64,000 nt of DNA from Eledone cirrhosa (taxonomy: Eukaryota), in contig OZ024744.1 in the NCBI GenBank assembly GCA_964016885.1, positions 22,444,001 through 22,508,000 of the forward strand, given 5' to 3'. Below, piece after piece: positions 28,401 through 40,800 of the stretch. The notes below the pieces were generated by a model, which saw only the letters and a program-made list of their open reading frames with translations, was not told where the DNA came from and did not search any database. Within the stretch, counting starts at the first letter, position 1. Every line of letters starts with the position of its first letter. The position numbers and the translations under genes are program-made.

Positions 28401-31400
28401 GTGGGGTGTTGTCGTGGTGGTCAGTTAGGTTGACATAGATAACATAGAGTGAGATGATTTCGTGGTGGTTAGTTAGGTTGACATAGATAAAATAGGTGGG
28501 ATATTGTCGTGGTGGTCAGTTAGGTTGACATTGATAACATAGGTGGGATGTTGTCGTGGTCAGTTAGCTTGACATAGATAACATAGAGTGAGATGTTGTC
28601 GTGGTGGTCAGTTAGGTTGACATAGATAACATAGAGTGATATGTTGTCGTGGTGTTCAGTTAGGTTGACATAGATAACATAGAGTGAGATGTTGACGTGG
28701 TGGTCAGTTAGTTTGACATAGATAACATAGGTGGGATGTTGTCGTGGTCAGTTAGGTTGTCATAGATAACATAGGTGGGATGTTGTCGTCGTGGTCAGTT
28801 AGGTTGACATATATAACATAGAGTGAGATGTTGTCGTGGTGGTCAGTTAGGTTGACATAGATATCATAGGTGGGATGTTGTCGTGGTGGTCAGTTAGTTT
28901 GACATAGATAACATAGAGTGAGATGTTGTCGTGGTGGTCAGTTAGGTTGACATAGATAACATAGGTGGGATGTTGTCGTCGTGGTCAGTTAGGTTGACAT
29001 AGATAACATAGCTGGGATGTTGTCGTGGTCAGTTAGGTTGACATAGATAACATAGGTGGGATGTTGTCGTGGTGGTCAGTTAGGTTGACATAGATAACAT
29101 AGGTGGGATGTTGCCGTGGTGGTCAGTTAGGTTGACATAGATAACATAGAGTGAGATGTTGTCGTGGTGGTCAGTTAGGTTGACATAGATAACATAGAGT
29201 GAGTTGTTGTCGTGGTGTTCAGTTAGGTTGACATAGATAACATAGAGTGAGATGTTGTCGTGGTGGTCAGTTAGGTTGACATAGATAACATAGAGCGGGT
29301 TGTTGTCGTGGTGGTCAGTTAGATTGACATAGCTAACATAGGTGGGATGTTGTCGTGGTGGTCAGTTAGGTTGACATAGATAAAACAGGTGGGATGTTGT
29401 CGTGGTGGTCAGTTAGGTTGACATTGATAACATAGGTGGGATGTTGTCGTGGTCAGTTAGCTTGACATAGATAACATAGAGTGAGATGTTGTCGTGGTGG
29501 TCAGTTAGGTTGACATAGATAACATAGAGTGAGATGTTGTCGTGGTGTTCAGTTAGGTTGACATAGATAACATAGAGTGAGATGTTGTCGTGGTGGTCAG
29601 TTAGGTTGACATAGATAACATAGAGTGGGATGTTGTCGTGGTGGTCAGTTAGGTTGACATAGATAACATAGGTGGGATGTTGTCGTCGTGGTCAGTTAGG
29701 TTGACATATATAACATAGAGTGAAATGTTGTCGTGGTGGTCAGTTAGGTTGACATAGATAACATAGGTGGGATGTTGTCGTGGTGGTCAGTTAGGTTGAC
29801 ATAGATAACATAGGTGGGATGTTGTCGTGGTGGTCAGTTAGTTTGACATAGATAACATACAGTGAGATGTTGTCGTGGTGGTCAGTTAGGTTGACATAGA
29901 TAACATAGGTGGGATGTTGTCGTGGTGGTCAGTTAGGTTGACATAGATAACATAGGTGGGGTGTTGTCGTGGTGCTCAGTTAGGTTGACATAGATAACAT
30001 AGAGTGAGATGATTTCGTGGTGGTTAGTTAGATTGACATAGATAAAATAGGTGGGATGTTGTCGTGGTGGTCAGTTAGGTTGACATTGATAACATAGGTG
30101 GGATGTTGTCGTGGTCAGTTAGCTTGACATAGATAACATAGAGTGAGATGTTGTCGTGGTGGTCAGTTAGGTTGACATAGATAACATAGAGTGATATGTT
30201 GTCGTGGTGTTCAGTTAGGTTGACATAGATAACATAGAGTGAGATGTTGTCGTGGTGGTCAGTTAGTTTGACATAGATAACATAGGTGGGATGTTGTCGT
30301 GGTGGTCAGTTAGGTTGACATAGATAACATAGGTGGGATGTTGTCGTTATCAGTTAGGTTGACATAGATAACATAGGTGGGATGTTGTCGTCGTGGTCAG
30401 GTAGGTTGACATATATAACATAGAGTGAGATGTTGTCGTGGTGGTCAGTTAGTTTGACATAGATAACATAGAGTGAGATGTTGTCGTGGTGGTCAGTTAG
30501 GTTGACATAGATAACATAGCTGGGATGTTGTCGTGGTCAGTTAGGTTGACATAGATAACATAGGTGGGATGTTGTCGTGGTGGTCAGTTAGGTTGACATA
30601 GATAACATAGGTGGGATGTTGTCGTGGTGGTCAGTTAGGTTGACATAGATAACATAGAGTGAGATGTTGTCGTGGTGGTAAGTTAGGTTGACATAGATAA
30701 CACAGAGTGAGATGTTGTCGTGGTGTTCAGTTAGGTTGACATAGATAACATAGGTGGGATGTTGTCGTGGTGGTCAGTTAGGTTGACATAGATAACATAG
30801 AGCGGGATATTGTTGTGGTGGTCAGTTAGCTTGACATAGATAGCATAGAGTGAGATGTTGTCGTGGTGGTCAGTTAGGTTGACATAGATAACACAGAGTG
30901 AGATGTTGTCGTGGTGTTCAGTTAGGTTGACATAGATAGCATAGAGTGAGATGTTGTCGTGGTGGTCAGTTAGGTTGACATAGATAACATAGAGTGAGAT
31001 GTTGTCGTGGTGGTCAGTTAGGTTGACATAGATAACATAGGTGGGATGTTGTCGTGGTGGTCAGTTAGGTTGACATAGATAACATAGAGCGGGATATTGT
31101 TGTGGTGGTCAGTTAGCTTGACATAGATAACATAGGTGGGATGTTGTCGTCGTGGTCAGTTAGGTTGACATAGATAACATAGAGTGAGATGTTGTCGTGG
31201 TGGTCAGTTAGGTTGACATAGATAACATAGGTGGGATGTTGTCGTGGTGGTCAGTTAGGTTGACATAGATAACATAGGTGGGATGCTGTCGTGGTCAGTT
31301 AGGTTGACATAGATAACATAGGTGGGATGTTGTCGTGGTGGTCAGTTAGGTTGACATAGATAACATTGGTGGGATGTTGTCGTGGTGGTCAGTTAGGTTG

Positions 31401-33049
31401 ACATAGATAACTTAGGTGGGGTGTTGTCGTGGTGGTCAGTTAGGTTGACATAGATAACATAGAGTGAGATGTTTTCGTGGTGGTCAGTTAGGTTGACATA
31501 CATAACATAGAGTGAGATGTTGTCGTGGTGGTCAGTTAGGTTGACATAGATAACATAGAGCGGGATGTTGTCGTGGTGGTCAGTTAGGTTGACATATATA
31601 ACATAGGTGGGGTGTTGTCGTGGTCAGTTAGGTTGTCATAGATAACATAGGTGGGATGTTGTCGTCGTGGTCAGTTAAGTTGACATATATAACATAGAGT
31701 GAGATGTTGTCGTGGTGGTCAGTTAGGTTGACATAGATATCATAGGTGGGATGTTGTCGTGGTGGTCAGTTAGGTTGACATAGATAACATAGCTGGGATG
31801 TTGTCGTGGTCAGTTAGGTTGACATAGATAACATAGGTGGGATGTTGTCGTCGTGGTCAGTTAGGTTGACATAGATAACATAGAGTGAGATGTTGTTGTG
31901 ATGGTCAGTTAGGTTGACATAGATAACATAGGTGGGATGTTGTCGTGGTGATCAGTTAGGTTGACATATATAACATAGGTGGGATGTTGTCGTGGTCAGT
32001 TAGGTTGACATAGATAACATAGGTGTATGTTGTCTTGGTGGTCAGTTATGTTGACATAGATAACATAGGTGGGATGTTGTCGTGGTGGTCAGTTAGGTTG
32101 ACGTAGATAACATAGAGTGAGATGTTGTCGTGGTGGTCAGTTAGGTTGACATAGATAACATAGGTGTATGTTGTCTTGGTGGTCAGTTAGGTTGACATAG
32201 ATAACATAGGTGGGATGTTGTCGTGGTGGTCAGTTAGGTTGACAAAGATAACATAGGTGGGGTGTTGTCGTGGTGGTCAGTTAGGTTGACTTAGATAACA
32301 TACAGTGAGATGTTGTCGTGGCGGATAGTTAGGTTGACATAGATAAAATAGGTGGGATGTTGTCGTGGTGGTCAGTTAGGTTGACATTGATAACATAGGT
32401 GGGATGTTGTCGTGGTCAGTTAGCTTGACATAGATAACATAGAGTGAGATGTTGTCGTGGTGGTCAGTTAGGTTGACATAGATAACACAGAGTGAGATGT
32501 TGTCGTGGTGTTCAGTTAGGTTGACATAGATAACATAGAGTGAGATGTTGTCGTGGTGGTCAGTTAGGTTGACATAGATAACATAGAGTGGGATGTTGTC
32601 GTGGTGGTCAGTTAGGTTGACATAGATAACATAGGTGGGATGTTGTCGTCGTGGTCAGTTAGGTTGACATATATAACATAGAGTGAGATGTTGTCGTGGT
32701 GGTCAGTGAGGTTGACATAGATATCATAGGTGGGATGTTGTCGCGGTGGTCAGTTAGTTTGACATAGATAACATAGAGTGAGATGTTGTCGTGGTGGTCA
32801 GTTAGGTTGACATAGATAACATAGGTGGGATGTTGTCGTGGTGGTCAGTTAGGTTGACATAGATAACAGGTGGGAGGTTGTCGTGGTGGTCAGTTAGGTT
32901 GACATAGATAACATAGTGTGGGATGTTTTCGTCGTGGTCAGTTAGGTTGACATAGATAACATAGGTGGGATGTTGTCGTGGTGGTCTGTTAGGTTGACAT
33001 AGATAACATAGAGTGGGATGTTTTCGTCGTGGTCAGTTAGGTTGACATA

Positions 33050-36000
33050 GATAACATAGGTGGGATGTTGTCGTGGTCATTTAGGTTGACTTAGATAACA
33101 TAGAGTGAGATGTTGTTGTGGTGGTCAGTTAGGTTCATATAGATAACATAGAGCGGGATGTTGTCCTGGTGGTCAGTTAGGTTGACATAGATAACATAGG
33201 TGGGATGTTGTCGTGGTGATCAGTTAGGTTGACATATATAACATAGAGTGAGATGTTGTCGTGATGGTCAGTTAGGTTGACATAGATAACATAGGTGGGA
33301 TGTTGTCGTGGTGATCAGTTAGGTTGACATATATAACATAGGTGGGATGTTGTCGTGGTCAGTTAGGTTGACATAGATAACATAGGTGTATGTTGTCTTG
33401 GTGGTCAGTTAGGTTGACATAGATAACATAGGTGGGATGTTGTCGTGGTGGTCAGTTAGGTTGACGTAGATAACATAGAGCGGGATGTTGTCCTGGTGGT
33501 CAGTTAGGTTGACATAGATAACATAGGTGGGATGTTGTCGTCGTGGTCAGTTAGGTTGACGTAGATAACATAGGTTGGATGTTGTCGTGGTGGTCAGTTA
33601 GGTTGACATAGATAACATAGAGTGAGATGTTGTCGTGGTGGTCAGTTAGGTTGACATAGATAACATAGAGTGGGATGTTGTCGTGGTGGTCAGTTAGGTT
33701 GACATAGATAACATAGGTAGGATGTTGTCGTGGTCAGTTAGGTTGACTTAGATAACATAGTGTGAGATGTTGTCGTGGTGGTCAGTTAGGTTGACATAGA
33801 TAACATAGTGAGATGTTGTCGTGGTGGTCAGTTAGGTTGACATAGATAACATAGAGTGAGATGTTGTCGTGGTGTTCAGTTAGGTTGACATAGATAACAT
33901 AGAGTGAGATGTTGTCGTGGTGGTCAGTTAGGTTGACATAGATAACATAGAGCGGGATGTTGTCGTGGTGGTCAGTTAGCTTGACATAGATAACATAGGT
34001 GGGATGTTGTCGTCGTGGTCAGTTAGGTTGACATAGATAACATAGAGTGAGTTGTTGTCGTGGTGGTCAGTTAGGTTGACATAGATAACATAGGTGGGAT
34101 GTTGTCGTGGTGGTCAGTTAGGTTGACATAGATAACATAGGTGGGATGTTGTCGTGGTCAGTTAGGTTGACATAGATAACATAGGTGGGATGTTGTCGTG
34201 GTGGTCAGTTAGGTTAACATAGATAACATAGGTGGGATGTTGTCGTGGTGGTCAGTTAGGTTGACGTACATAACATAGGTGGGGTGTTGTCGTGGTGGTC
34301 AGTTAGGTTGACATAGATAACATAGAGTGAGATGTTTTCGTGGTGGTTAGTTAGGTTGACATAGATAAAATAGGTGGGATGTTGTCGTGGTGGTCAGTTA
34401 GGTTGACATTGATAACATAGGTGGGATGTTGTCGTGGTCAGTTAGCTTGACATATATAACAGAGTGAGATGTTGTCGTGGTGGTCAGTTAGGTTGACATA
34501 GATAACATAGAGTGAGATGTTGTCGTGGTGGTCAGTTAGTTTGACATAGATAACATAGAGTGGGATGTTGTCGTGGTTGTCAGTTAGATTGACATAGATA
34601 ACATAGGTGGGATGTTGTCGTCGTGGTCAGTTAGGTTGACATATATGACATAGAGTGAGATGTTGTCGTGGGGGTCAGTTAGGTTGACATAGATATCATA
34701 GGTGGGATGTTGTCGTGGTGGTCAGTTAGTTTGACATAGATAACATAGAGTGAGATGTTGTCGTGGTGGTCAGTTAGGTTGACATAGATAACATAGGTGG
34801 GATGTTGTCGTGGTGGTCAGTTAGGTTGACATAGATAACGTAGGTGGGATGTTGTCGTGGTCAGTTAGGTTGACATAGATAACATAGGTGGGATGTTGTC
34901 GTGGTGGTCAGTTATGTTGACATAGATAACATAGAGTGAGATGTTGTAGTGGTGGTCAGTTAGGTTGACATAGATAACATAGGTGGGATGTTGTCGTGGT
35001 GGTCAATTAGGTTGACATAGATAACATTGGTGTGATGTTGTCGTGGTCAGTTAGGTTGACATAGATAACATTGGTGGGATGTTGTCGTGGTGGTCAGTTA
35101 GGTTGACATAGATAACATAGAGTGAGATGTTGTCGTGGTGGTCAGTTAGGTTGACATAGATAACATAGGTGGGATGTTGTCGTGGTGGTCAGTTAGGTTG
35201 ACATAGATAACATAGGTGGGATGTTGTCGTGGTCATTTAGGTTGACTTAGATAACATAGAGTGAGATGTTTTCGTGGTGGTCAGTTAGGTTCATATAGAT
35301 AACATAGAGTGAGATGTTGTCGTGGTGGTCAGTTAGGTTGACATAGATAACATAGAGCGGGATGTTGTCCTGATGGTCAGTTAGGTTGACATAGATAACA
35401 TAGGTGGGATGTTGTCATCGTGCTCAGTTAGGTTGACATAGATAACATAGAGTGAGATGTTGTCGTGGTGGTCAGTTAGGTTGACATAGATAACATAGGT
35501 GGGATGTTGTCGTGGTGATCAGTTAGGTTGACATATATAACATAGGTGGGATGTTGTCGTGGTCAGTTAGGTTGACATAGATAACATAGGTGTATGTTGT
35601 CTTGGTGGTCAGTTAGGTTGACATAGATAACATAGGTGGGATGTTGTCGTGGTGGTCAGTTAGGTTGACGTAGATAACATAGAGCGGGATGTTGTCCTGG
35701 TGGTCAGTTAGGTTGACATAGATAACATAGGTGGGATGTTGTCGTCGTGGTCAGTTAGGTTGACGTAGATAACATAGGTTGGATGTTGTCGTGGTGGTCA
35801 GTTAGGTTGACATAGATAACATAGGTGGGATGTTGTCGTGGTGGTCAGTTAGGTTGACATAGATAACATAGGTGGGATGTTGTCGTGGTCAGTTAGGTTG
35901 ACATAGATAACATAGGTGGGATGTTGTCGTGGTGGTCAGTTAGGTTGACATAGATAACATAGGTCGGATGTTGTCGTGGTGGTCAGTTAGGTTGACATAG

Positions 36001-37290
36001 ATAACATAGGTTGGATGTTGTCGTGGTGGTCAGTTAGGTTGACATAGATAACATAGAGTGGGATGTTGTCGTGGTGGTCAGTTAGGTTGACATAGATAAC
36101 ATAGGTAGGATGTTGTCGTGGTCAGTTAGGTTGACTTAGATAACATAGTGTGAGATGTTGTCGTGGTGGTCAGTTAGGTTGACATAGATAACAAAGTGAG
36201 ATGTTGCCGTGGTGGTCAGTTAGGTTGACATAGATAACATAGAGTGAGATGTTGTCGTGGTGTTCAGTTAGGTTGACATAGATAACATACAGTGAGATGT
36301 TGTCGTGGTGGTCAGTTAGGTTGACATAGATAACATAGAGCGGGATGTTGTCGTGGTGGTCAGTTAGCTTGACATAGATAACATAGGTGGGATGTTGTCG
36401 TCGTGGTCAGTTAGGTTGACATAGATAACATAGAGTGAGTTGTTGTCGTGGTGGTCAGTTAGGTTGACATAGATAACATAGGTGGGATGTTGTCGTGGTG
36501 GTCAGTTAGGTTGACATAGATAACATAGGTGGGATGTTGTCGTGGTCAGTTAGGTTGACATAGATAACATAGGTGGGATGTTGTCGTGGTGGTCAGTTAG
36601 GTTGACATAGATAACATAGGTGGGATGTTGTCGTGGTGGTCAGTTAGGTTGACGTACATAACATAGGTGGGGTGTTGTCGTGGTGGTCAGTTAGGTTGAC
36701 ATAGATAACATAGAGTGAGATTTTTCGTGGTGGTTAGTTAGGTTGACATAGATAAAATAGGTGGGATGTTGTCGTGGTGGTCAGTTAGGTTGACATTGAT
36801 AACATAGGTGGGATGTTGTCGTGGTCAGTTAGCTTGACATATATAACAGAGTGAGATGTTGTCGTGGTGGTCAGTTAGGGTGACATAGATAACATAGAGT
36901 GAGATGTTGTCGTGGTGGTCAGTTAGTTTGACATAGATAACATAGAGTGGGATGTTGTCGTGGTTGTCAGTTAGATTGACATAGATAACATAGGTGGGAT
37001 GTTGTCGTCGTGGTCAGTTAGGTTGACATATATGACATAGAGTGAGATGTTGTCGTGGGGGTCAGTTAGGTTGACATAGATATCATAGGTGGGATGTTGT
37101 CGTGGTGGTCAGTTAGTTTGACATAGATAACATAGAGTGAGATGTTGTCGTGGTGGTCAGTTAGGTTGACATAGATAACATAGGTGGGATGTTGTCGTGG
37201 TGGTCAGTTAGGTTGACATAGATAACGTAGGTGGGATGTTGTCGTGGTCAGTTAGGTTGACATAGATAACATAGGTGGGATGTTGTCGTG
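33050..37290 (+). repeat. Block duplication within the array, offset about 2,388 bp
   Basis: GACGTACATA occurs at 34263 and 36651, ACATAGGTAG at 33711 and 36099, and ATATATGACA at 34641 and 37028 (offset 2387 after a 1-bp deletion near 36721). Confidence 0.8.
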
Positions 37291-37899
37291 GTGGTCAGTT
37301 AGTTTGACATAGATAACATAGAGTGAGATGTTGTCGTGGTGGTCAGTTAGGTTGACATAGATAACATAGGTGGGATGTTGTCGTGGTGGTCAGTTAGGTT
37401 GACATAGATAACGTAGGTGGGATGTTGTCGTGGTCAGTTAGGTTGACATAGATAACATAGGTGGGATGTTGTCGTGGTGGTCAGTTATGTTGACATATAT
37501 AACATAGAGTGAGATGTTGTCGTGGTGGTCAGTTAGGTTGACATAGATAACATACGTAGGATGTTGTCGTGGTGGTCAGTTAGGTTGACATAGATAACAT
37601 AGGTGGGATGTTGTCGTGGTCAGTTAGGTTGACAAAGATAACATAGGTGGGATGTTGTCGTGGTGGTCAGTTAGGTTGACATAGATAACATAGGTGGGAT
37701 GTTGTCGTGGTCAGTTAGGTTGACTTAGATAACATAGAGTGAGATGTTGTCGTGGTGGTCAGTTAGGTTGACATAGATAACATAGAGTGAGATGTTTTCG
37801 TGGTGGTTAGTTAGGTTGACATAGATAAAATAGGTGGGATGTTGTCGTGGTGGTCAGTTAGGTTGACATTGATAACTTATGTGGGATGTTGTCGTGGTC

Positions 37900-40800
37900 A
37901 GTTAGCTTGACATAGATAACATAGAGTGAGATGTTGTCGTGGTGGTCAGTTAGGTTGACATTGATAACATAGAGTGATATGTTGTCGTGGTGTTCAGTTA
38001 GGTTGACATAGATAACATAGAGTGAGATGTTGTCGTGGTGGTCAGTTAGGTTGACATAGATAACATAGGTGGGATGTTGTCGTGGTCAGTTAGGTTGACA
38101 TAGATAACATAGGTGGGATGTTGTCGTCGTGGTCAGTTAGGTTGACATATATAACATAGAGTGAGATGTTGTCGTGGTGGTCAGTTAGGTTGACATAGAT
38201 ATCATAGGTGGGATGTTGTTGTGGTGGTCAGTTAGTTTGACATAGATAACATAGAGTGAGATGTTGTCGTGGTGGTCAGTTAGGTTGACATAGATAACAT
38301 AGGTGGGATGTTGTCGTGGTGGTCAGTTAGGTTGACATAGATAACATAGGTGGGATGTTGTCGTGGTCAGTTAGGTTGACATAGATAACATAGGTGGGAT
38401 GTTGTCGTGGTGGTCAGTTAGGTTGACATAGATAACATAGGTGGGATGTTGTCGTGGTGGTCAATTAGGTTGACATAGATAACATAGGTTGGATGTTGTC
38501 GTGGTGGTCAGTTAGGTTGACATAGATAACATAGAGTGGGATGTTGTCGTGGTGGTCAGTTAGGTTGACATAGATAACATAGGTGGGATGTTGTCGTGGT
38601 CAGTTAGGTTGACTTAGATAACATAGAGTGAGATGTTGTCGTGGTGATCAGTTAGGTTGACATAGATAACATAGAGTGAGATGTTGTCGTGATGGTCAGT
38701 TAGGTTGACATAGATAACATAGAGTGAGATGTTGTCGTGGTGTTCAGTTAGGTTGACATAGATAACATAGAGTGAGATGTTGTCGTGGTGGTCAGTTAGG
38801 TTGACATAGATAACATAGAGCGGGATGTTGTCGTGGTGGTCAGTTAGGTTGACATAGAAAACATAGGTGGGATGTTGTCGTCGTGGTCAGTTAGGTTGAC
38901 ATAGATAACATAGAGTGAGATGTTGTCGTGGTCATTTAGGTTGACATAGATAACATAGGTGGGATGTTGTCGTGGTGGTCAGTTAGGTTGACATAGATAT
39001 CATAGGTGGGATGTTGTCGTGGTGGTCAGTTAGGTTGACATAGATAACATAGGTGGGGTGTTGTCGTGGTGGTCAGTTAGGTTGGCATAGATAACATACA
39101 GTGAGATGTTGCCGTGGCGGATAGTTAGGTTGACATAGATAAAATAGGTGGGATGTTGTCGTGGTGGTCAGTTAGGTTGACATTGATAACATAGGTGGGA
39201 TGTTGTCGTGGTCAGTTAGCTTGACATAGATAACATAGAGTGAGATGTTGTCGTGGTGGTCAGTTAGGTTGACATAGATAACGTATGTGGGATGTTGACG
39301 TCGTGGTCAGTTATGTTGACATATATAACATAGAGTGAGATGTTGTCGTGGTGGTCAGTTAGGTTGACATAGATAACATAGAGTGAGATGTTGTCGTAGT
39401 GGTCAGTTAGGTTGACATAGATAACATAGGTGGGATGTTGTCGTCGTGGTCAGTTAGGTTGACATAGATAACATAGGTGGGATGTTGTCGTGGTGGTCAG
39501 TTAGGTTGACATAGATAACATAGTGTGGGATGTTTTCGTCGTGGTCAGTTAGGTTGACATAGATAACATAGGTGGGATGTTGTCGTGCTCATTTAGGTTG
39601 ACTTAGATAACATAGAGTGAGATGTTGTCGTGGTGGTCAGTTAGGTTGATATAGATAACATATAGTGAGATGTTGTCGTGGTGTTCAGTTAGGTTTACAT
39701 AGATAACAATGAGTGAGATGTTGTCGTGGTGGTCAGTTAGTTTGACATAGATAACATAGGTGGGATGTTGTTGTGGTCAGTTAGGTTGACAAAGATAACA
39801 TAGGTGGGATGTTGTCGTGGTGGTCAGTTAGGTTGACATAGATAACATAGAGTGGGATGTTGTCGCGGTGGTCAGTTAGGTTGACATAGATAACATAGGT
39901 GGGATGTTGTTGTGGTCAGTTAGGTTGACTTAGATAACATAGAGTGAGATGTTGTCGTGGTGGTCAGTTAGGTTGACATAGATAACATAGAGTGAGATGT
40001 TTTCGTGGTGGTTAGTTAGGTTGACATAGATAAAATAGGTGGGATGTTGTCGTGGTGGTCAGTTAGGTTGACATAGATAACATAGGTGGGATGTTGTCGT
40101 GGTCAGTTAGGTTGACTTAGATAACATAGAGTGAGATGTTGTCGTGGTGGTCAGTTAGGTTGACATAGATAACATAGAGTGAGATGTTTTCGTGGTGGTT
40201 AGTTAGGTTGACATAGATAAAATAGGTGGGATGTTGTCGTGGTGGTCAGTTAGGTTGACATTGATAACTTATGTGGGATGTTGTCGTGGTCAGTTAGCTT
40301 GACATAGATAACATAGAGTGAGATGTTGTCGTGGTGGTCAGTTAGGTTGACATTGATAACATAGAGTGATATGTTGTCGTGGTGTTCAGTTAGGTTGACG
40401 TAGATAACATAGAGTGAGATGTTGTCGTGGTGGTCAGTTAGGTTGACATAGATAACATAGGTGGGATGTTGTCGTGGTCAGTTAGGTTGACATAGATAAC
40501 ATAGGTGGGATGTTGTCGTCGTGGTCAGTTAGGTTGACATATATAACATAGAGTGAGATGTTGTCGTGGTGGTCAGTTAGGTTGACATAGATATCATAGG
40601 TGGGATGTTGTTGTGGTGGTCAGTTAGTTTGACATAGATAACATAGAGTGAGATGTTGTCGTGGTGGTCAGTTAGGTTGACATAGATAACATAGGTGGGA
40701 TGTTGTCGTGGTGGTCAGTTAGGTTGACATAGATAACATAGGTGGGATGTTGTCGTGGTCAGTTAGGTTGACATAGATAACATAGGTGGGATGTTGTCGT

